A stretch of DNA of 51,070 nt from a virus. Taxonomy: Duplodnaviria; Caudoviricetes. The stretch is taken from positions 1 through 51,070 of the IMG/VR virus record IMGVR_UViG_3300005611_000043. One strand, written 5' to 3'. The notes beneath the pieces are model-generated. The model searched no databases, was not told the origin of the DNA, and saw only the letters and a program-made list of their open reading frames with translations. Positions 47,095-51,070 of this stretch are shown here, in pieces (the stretch's first letter is position 1; every line of letters starts with the position of its first letter). The translations under genes were made by a program, and so were the position numbers.

Positions 47095-47504
47095 TGCTTG
47101 CAGCATTAGGAACTATAGCACCATTAGCTAAAATGCTTTTCTCTACTGTAGATAAAGCTATCCCCGATAAAGATTTAGCAGAAAAATTAAAAGCTCAACT
47201 GAATACTCAACTTCTTCAATCCAGCACAGAAGAATTAAAAGCAGCTGCAGCTATTGTAGAAGCAGAAGCAAAATCCAATTGGTTTGTTTCTAGTTGGAGA
47301 CCGTTGTTGATGTATGTATTAATTTTTATTTTAGTTTGGAATTATATTTTTGGTCCTATTATAAAAATATTTTCTGGAGCAGTGATTACTTTTGAATTAC
47401 CTGGTGATGTTTGGACCTTACTCAACATTGGTTTGGGTGGTTATGTGGTGGGTCGATCAGGTGAAAGTATTGCAAGAACTTTAGCGAGTAAACAAAACAA
47501 ATGA
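47094..47504 (+). CDS. Holin (GTA 3TM-type)
   Basis: DKAIPDKD, EAKSNWFVSSWRP, two TM segments, GLGGYVVGRS. Confidence 0.8.
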   Translation: MLAALGTIAPLAKMLFSTVDKAIPDKDLAEKLKAQLNTQLLQSSTEELKAAAAIVEAEAKSNWFVSSWRPLLMYVLIFILVWNYIFGPIIKIFSGAVITFELPGDVWTLLNIGLGGYVVGRSGESIARTLASKQNK

Positions 47505-47695
47505 AAGAACGATTAAAAGATTTGATAGCGAAAAACTATCAGGAAAAGAAAATAGACGAGAGTAATAAACTTCTTTTGAAAAATAGAAAAGAAGTTGATA
47601 TTAATGCTCATGGAACTTCTGGATATAAAATAAAACAGGGTTCCAATGAAGGAAAAATAGTAGGTCATATAAGCATAAAACCTAAAGATATTTAG
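47501..47695 (+). CDS. Hypothetical protein
   Basis: Start overlaps the holin stop; GTSGYKIKQG. Confidence 0.6.
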   Translation: MKERLKDLIAKNYQEKKIDESNKLLLKNRKEVDINAHGTSGYKIKQGSNEGKIVGHISIKPKDI

Positions 47696-47732
47696 CCTTG
47701 TATTAAAGCAAAAACCTGTTATTCACTACTTC

Positions 47733-47933
47733 ATGGTAGAAGTTATTCAGCATATTTTAAAACGAATCATCCAACCTAAAATGGAGTCTTTGAAAGAAAA
47801 CATCATATCTGGTGTTGACACACACGACAAATACCAATATCTTGTGGGTCAATACAGATCGTTAAATGATCTGCAACAGGACCTTAGGGAACTGCTTAAG
47901 AAACAGGAGATGTTCGATGACGAAGACAAGTAA
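47733..47933 (+). CDS. Conserved small protein upstream of phage GroES
   Basis: SGVD..DKYQYLVGQYRSL pattern. Confidence 0.7.
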   Translation: MVEVIQHILKRIIQPKMESLKENIISGVDTHDKYQYLVGQYRSLNDLQQDLRELLKKQEMFDDEDK

Positions 47934-48372
47934 CGAAGAAGTACCAAAGCACAAAAATGCTTTGTTAGATTTATATGCTTCTAAAGAAGAAATTGAAGAG
48001 AGATTTTTAGACCCTTCTAAACTTACGACAAGCTTAAAAGAAAGACTTCCTCAACCAACAGGTTGGAGAGTTTTAGTGATGCCGTGGTCGGGTCCTAAAA
48101 AAACAGCAGGTGGAATTATTCTACCTGACAACAGTCATGAAGCTATTGCTGTAGCAACTACAACAGCCTATGTTATCAAGACTGGACCACTCGCTTATGC
48201 GGATAAAGAAAAATTTCCAAATGGGCCGTGGTGTAAAGATGGAGACTGGGTAATGTTTGGTCGTTACGCAGGATCTAGATTTAAAATCGAAGGTGGGGAA
48301 CTTCGCATATTAAACGATGATGAAATCATCGCAACCATACTTGACCCTAGGGACGTTAAGCATGCATTATAA
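47917..48372 (+). CDS. groES: Co-chaperonin GroES (Cpn10)
   Basis: PTGWRVLV, KTAGGIILP, PWCKDGDWVMFGRYAG, ILNDDEI; SD AGGAG. Confidence 0.9.
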   Translation: MTKTSNEEVPKHKNALLDLYASKEEIEERFLDPSKLTTSLKERLPQPTGWRVLVMPWSGPKKTAGGIILPDNSHEAIAVATTTAYVIKTGPLAYADKEKFPNGPWCKDGDWVMFGRYAGSRFKIEGGELRILNDDEIIATILDPRDVKHAL

Positions 48373-48385
48373 ATAGGAGGACGTA

Positions 48386-49330
48386 ATGTCAGAAAAACAG
48401 GAGCTAGAAAAAATCAACGAAGACGGCACAGCTGTTGTCGATGTTGAAGCAAAAGAAGAGGAACAACAAGAACAAGTTTCTATTGAACCTCAAGGAACAG
48501 CCGTACAACAGGAAGCGGTTGATGTAGAACAAGAACAAGAAGAAACTCAAGATAATAATCAAGACGACGGTGATGATCTCGTTGGTTACTCTGAAAAAGT
48601 AAGAGCAAGAATTAATAAACTTACTTTTGATAAAAGAGAAGCTGAAAGATTAGCGCGTGGTGCTGTCGAACATGCAAAAGGTGTTCAACGAAAATTATCG
48701 GAGTTTGAAAAAAGATATTCCGTTTTAGAGGATACTCAGTTTAAAGAGATGGCCGCTAGAATTGATGCTCAAACTTTAGCTGTAAAAGAAAATCTTAGAA
48801 AAGCTCATCAAGAACAGGACTTTGATAAGATTATGGAATCTCAGTCTCAATTGACGGAGCTTGCAGTACAGAAGGAAAGAGCAAAGATTCAAGCTGAACA
48901 AAGGAAGTTTGAACAAGAAGTTCAGGCGGAAAGAGCTGAAACTCCACAAGAACAACCTATCGATTATGGTCAACAATTACCACAACCTAGTGCTAAAGCA
49001 TCTGCTTGGGCATCTAAAAATGAATGGTTTGGTAATGATGAGGTTATGACTCAAGCTGCTTACAGCATCCATAATCAATTAATCCAACAGGGGGTTGATC
49101 CTGAGAGTGATGCGTACTATAATACAGTTGATAAACAATTGAGAGATTATTTCCCTCAAAGGTTTGCAAAAAAACAGGAGCGATCGAAACCCGTCCAAAC
49201 GGTAGCACCTGCAGGAAGAACAAACTCTGGACGCAGAACTGTCAGACTGACCAAACGGCAAGTCGAAATGGCAAAGAGATTAAATGTGCCGCTAACCGAA
49301 TACGCGAAGTATGTAAAGGAAGGAGCTTAA
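48386..49330 (+). CDS. Putative capsid scaffolding protein
   Basis: Acidic N-terminus, coiled coil, WASKNEWFG, C-terminal AKRLNVPLTEYAK; upstream of capsid genes. Confidence 0.7.
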   Translation: MSEKQELEKINEDGTAVVDVEAKEEEQQEQVSIEPQGTAVQQEAVDVEQEQEETQDNNQDDGDDLVGYSEKVRARINKLTFDKREAERLARGAVEHAKGVQRKLSEFEKRYSVLEDTQFKEMAARIDAQTLAVKENLRKAHQEQDFDKIMESQSQLTELAVQKERAKIQAEQRKFEQEVQAERAETPQEQPIDYGQQLPQPSAKASAWASKNEWFGNDEVMTQAAYSIHNQLIQQGVDPESDAYYNTVDKQLRDYFPQRFAKKQERSKPVQTVAPAGRTNSGRRTVRLTKRQVEMAKRLNVPLTEYAKYVKEGA

Positions 49331-49331
49331 T

Positions 49332-49796
49332 ATGTCCGACGATAAAAGAAATTCGCGCAGCTCACAGGAAAGAAAAACTCAAGAAAGAGTTAAACCGTGG
49401 GCTCCCCCATCATCTTTAGATGCACCTAAACCACCTGAGGGTTTTATACACCGATGGTTAAGAGCGGAAATCGCTGGGTTTGAAGATACCGCTAACATTT
49501 CAAAACGTTTGAGAGAAGGTTATGAATTAGTTAGAGGTGACGAATTAAAACCAGGAGATGCGCATTATCCAATTTACGGTGAACAATCTAAGTGGAAAGG
49601 ATACATTGGAGTTGGTGGCCTTGTGCTGGCAAGGATACCTTTAGAGATCGCTGAAAGCCGTGCAGAGTATTTTAAAAAATTAACTCAAGATCAGATTAAC
49701 GCGGTAGACAATGACCTTATGAAGGAACAGAACCCTGCGATGCCTATTAATATTAATAGACAATCGAAGGTAAGCTTTGGAGGCGGTAGAAAATAG
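49332..49796 (+). CDS. Conserved head-assembly region protein
   Basis: WAPPSSLDAP, HRWLR, REGYELV, IGVGGLVLARIP. Confidence 0.7.
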   Translation: MSDDKRNSRSSQERKTQERVKPWAPPSSLDAPKPPEGFIHRWLRAEIAGFEDTANISKRLREGYELVRGDELKPGDAHYPIYGEQSKWKGYIGVGGLVLARIPLEIAESRAEYFKKLTQDQINAVDNDLMKEQNPAMPININRQSKVSFGGGRK

Positions 49797-49844
49797 GTTC
49801 TACGTTTCCATTTAACTTAAACTGTTAACTTAAAGGAAAAAAAC

Positions 49845-50429
49845 ATGGCTAACACAGCAGAAAAGTTTGGTCTAAGACCATACCGATCTATAAATGGTGC
49901 AGCATGGAATAACGCGCAGAATAGATATACTATTTCTGACAACAACTCTACAGCTATCTACCAAGGTGATTTAGTTATCGCTGAAGCAGATGGTGAAATT
50001 AGTAGACACGTTGCTGGAAACAGTGCAGCTATCATTGGTGTATTCAATGGTTGTACTTATACAGATCCAACTTCTAAGAAGCCCGTGTTTTCAAACTACT
50101 ATCCAGGTTCAGTCAACGTATCTGACATTGTTGCATACGTTGTAGATGATCCTGACACAGTGTTTTTGATCAACGCGGACCAGTCATTTGCAAGAACAGA
50201 TGTTTTCGCAAACTACTCAGTAGATGGCGGAACTGGAAATACTAAAACTGGTATTTCTGAAGTTCAGCTTGACGTGAGTACAGCAGACACTTTGAACTAT
50301 TTAGCGCTACAAGCGATTGATATTTCTCAGGACCCTGCGAACAGCGATCAAACAGCTACAAATACAAATGTACTTGTAAGAATAAACAACCACTTCTACA
50401 AAGGTGGTACAACAGGTCTAACTACATAA
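49845..50429 (+). CDS. Putative capsid decoration / minor capsid protein
   Basis: FGLRP, IYQGD, GVFNGC, VVDDP motifs; immediately before the major capsid gene. Confidence 0.65.
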   Translation: MANTAEKFGLRPYRSINGAAWNNAQNRYTISDNNSTAIYQGDLVIAEADGEISRHVAGNSAAIIGVFNGCTYTDPTSKKPVFSNYYPGSVNVSDIVAYVVDDPDTVFLINADQSFARTDVFANYSVDGGTGNTKTGISEVQLDVSTADTLNYLALQAIDISQDPANSDQTATNTNVLVRINNHFYKGGTTGLTT

Positions 50430-50444
50430 TAGGAGAAAATAATT

Positions 50445-51070
50445 ATGGCTATATCACGACAACAACTAGCTAAAGAGCTAGAGCCAGGTTTAAATGCCCT
50501 ATTTGGCCTGGAATATGCGAGATACGATAACGAACACGCAGAAATCTTCGTTACTGAATCATCAGACAGAGCGTTTGAAGAAGAAGTAATGCTATCAGGT
50601 TTCGCTAATGCACCAACTAAACAAGAAGGTGCTGCGGTAGTATTCGATCAAGCTAACGAAGCATTTACTGCTAGATACACACACGAGACTGTCGCTCTTG
50701 CTTTTGCAATTACTGAAGAAGCAATTGAAGACAACTTGTATGACAGACTAGCTGGTAGATATACTAGAGCGTTAGCGAGATCTATGTCTCATACTAAACA
50801 AGTTAAAGCAGCAGCAGTGTTAAACAATGCGCAAATTACTACTGTATTAGGTGGTGATGGTGTGCCGTTAATTTCGGCTTCACACCCATTATCAAACGGT
50901 GGTACTTTTTCAAACGTTTTAGCAACTGCAGCAGACTTAAACGAAACTTCATTAGAGCAAATGTTAATTGACATTGCTGGTTTCGTTGACGAAAGAGGTT
51001 TAAGAATCGCTGCTCAAGGTAGAAAAATGATAATTCCAAAAGAATTACAATTTACTGCTGAGAGAATCTT
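50445..51070 (+). CDS. Major capsid protein (truncated by window end; not in ORF track)
   Basis: SD AGGAG; MAISRQQLAKELEPGLNALFGLEY...SDRAFEEEV..., frame open to the end of the window. Confidence 0.9.
   Translation, partial: MAISRQQLAKELEPGLNALFGLEYARYDNEHAEIFVTESSDRAFEEEVMLSGFANAPTKQEGAAVVFDQANEAFTARYTHETVALAFAITEEAIEDNLYDRLAGRYTRALARSMSHTKQVKAAAVLNNAQITTVLGGDGVPLISASHPLSNGGTFSNVLATAADLNETSLEQMLIDIAGFVDERGLRIAAQGRKMIIPKELQFTAERI

Noticed and set aside
50789-51039. Minus-strand ORFs at the window end
   Set aside because: Antisense to the major capsid gene, which the track missed because it has no stop in the window

Overview
AT-rich dsDNA tailed-phage (podovirus-like) genome segment, probably most of a ~55-60 kb genome. 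The capsid N-terminus (MAISRQQLAKELEPGLNALFG), ~800-aa portal, GroES next to the scaffold, and the SNF2/AEP-primase/UvrD/PolA replication set resemble, from recall, HTVC023P-type/vSAG 37-F6-like marine pelagiphages; this was not verified by search. Layout: tail/virion genes with 2OG-Fe(II) oxygenases and glycosyltransferases (1-21.3 kb); replication module with FkbM methyltransferases (21.3-32 kb); small genes, Hsp20 and a structured non-coding block (32-36 kb); terS, then a ~4.4-kb array of expression cassettes, then terL (36-43.4 kb); portal, holin, GroES, scaffold, decoration protein and a truncated major capsid gene (43.5-51 kb). The most striking structure is the cassette array. Six promoters share an 11-bp-period direct-repeat box placed exactly 10 bp upstream of the -10 (OmpR/PhoB-family activator geometry, possibly a host ChvI- or CtrA-like regulator). 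Most cassettes end in a conserved, same-strand ~55-bp TTCCCG hairpin repeat. Other items: a ROSE-like thermometer on hsp20, a candidate pseudoknotted 5' leader, widespread leaderless genes, and several unannotated mini-proteins.
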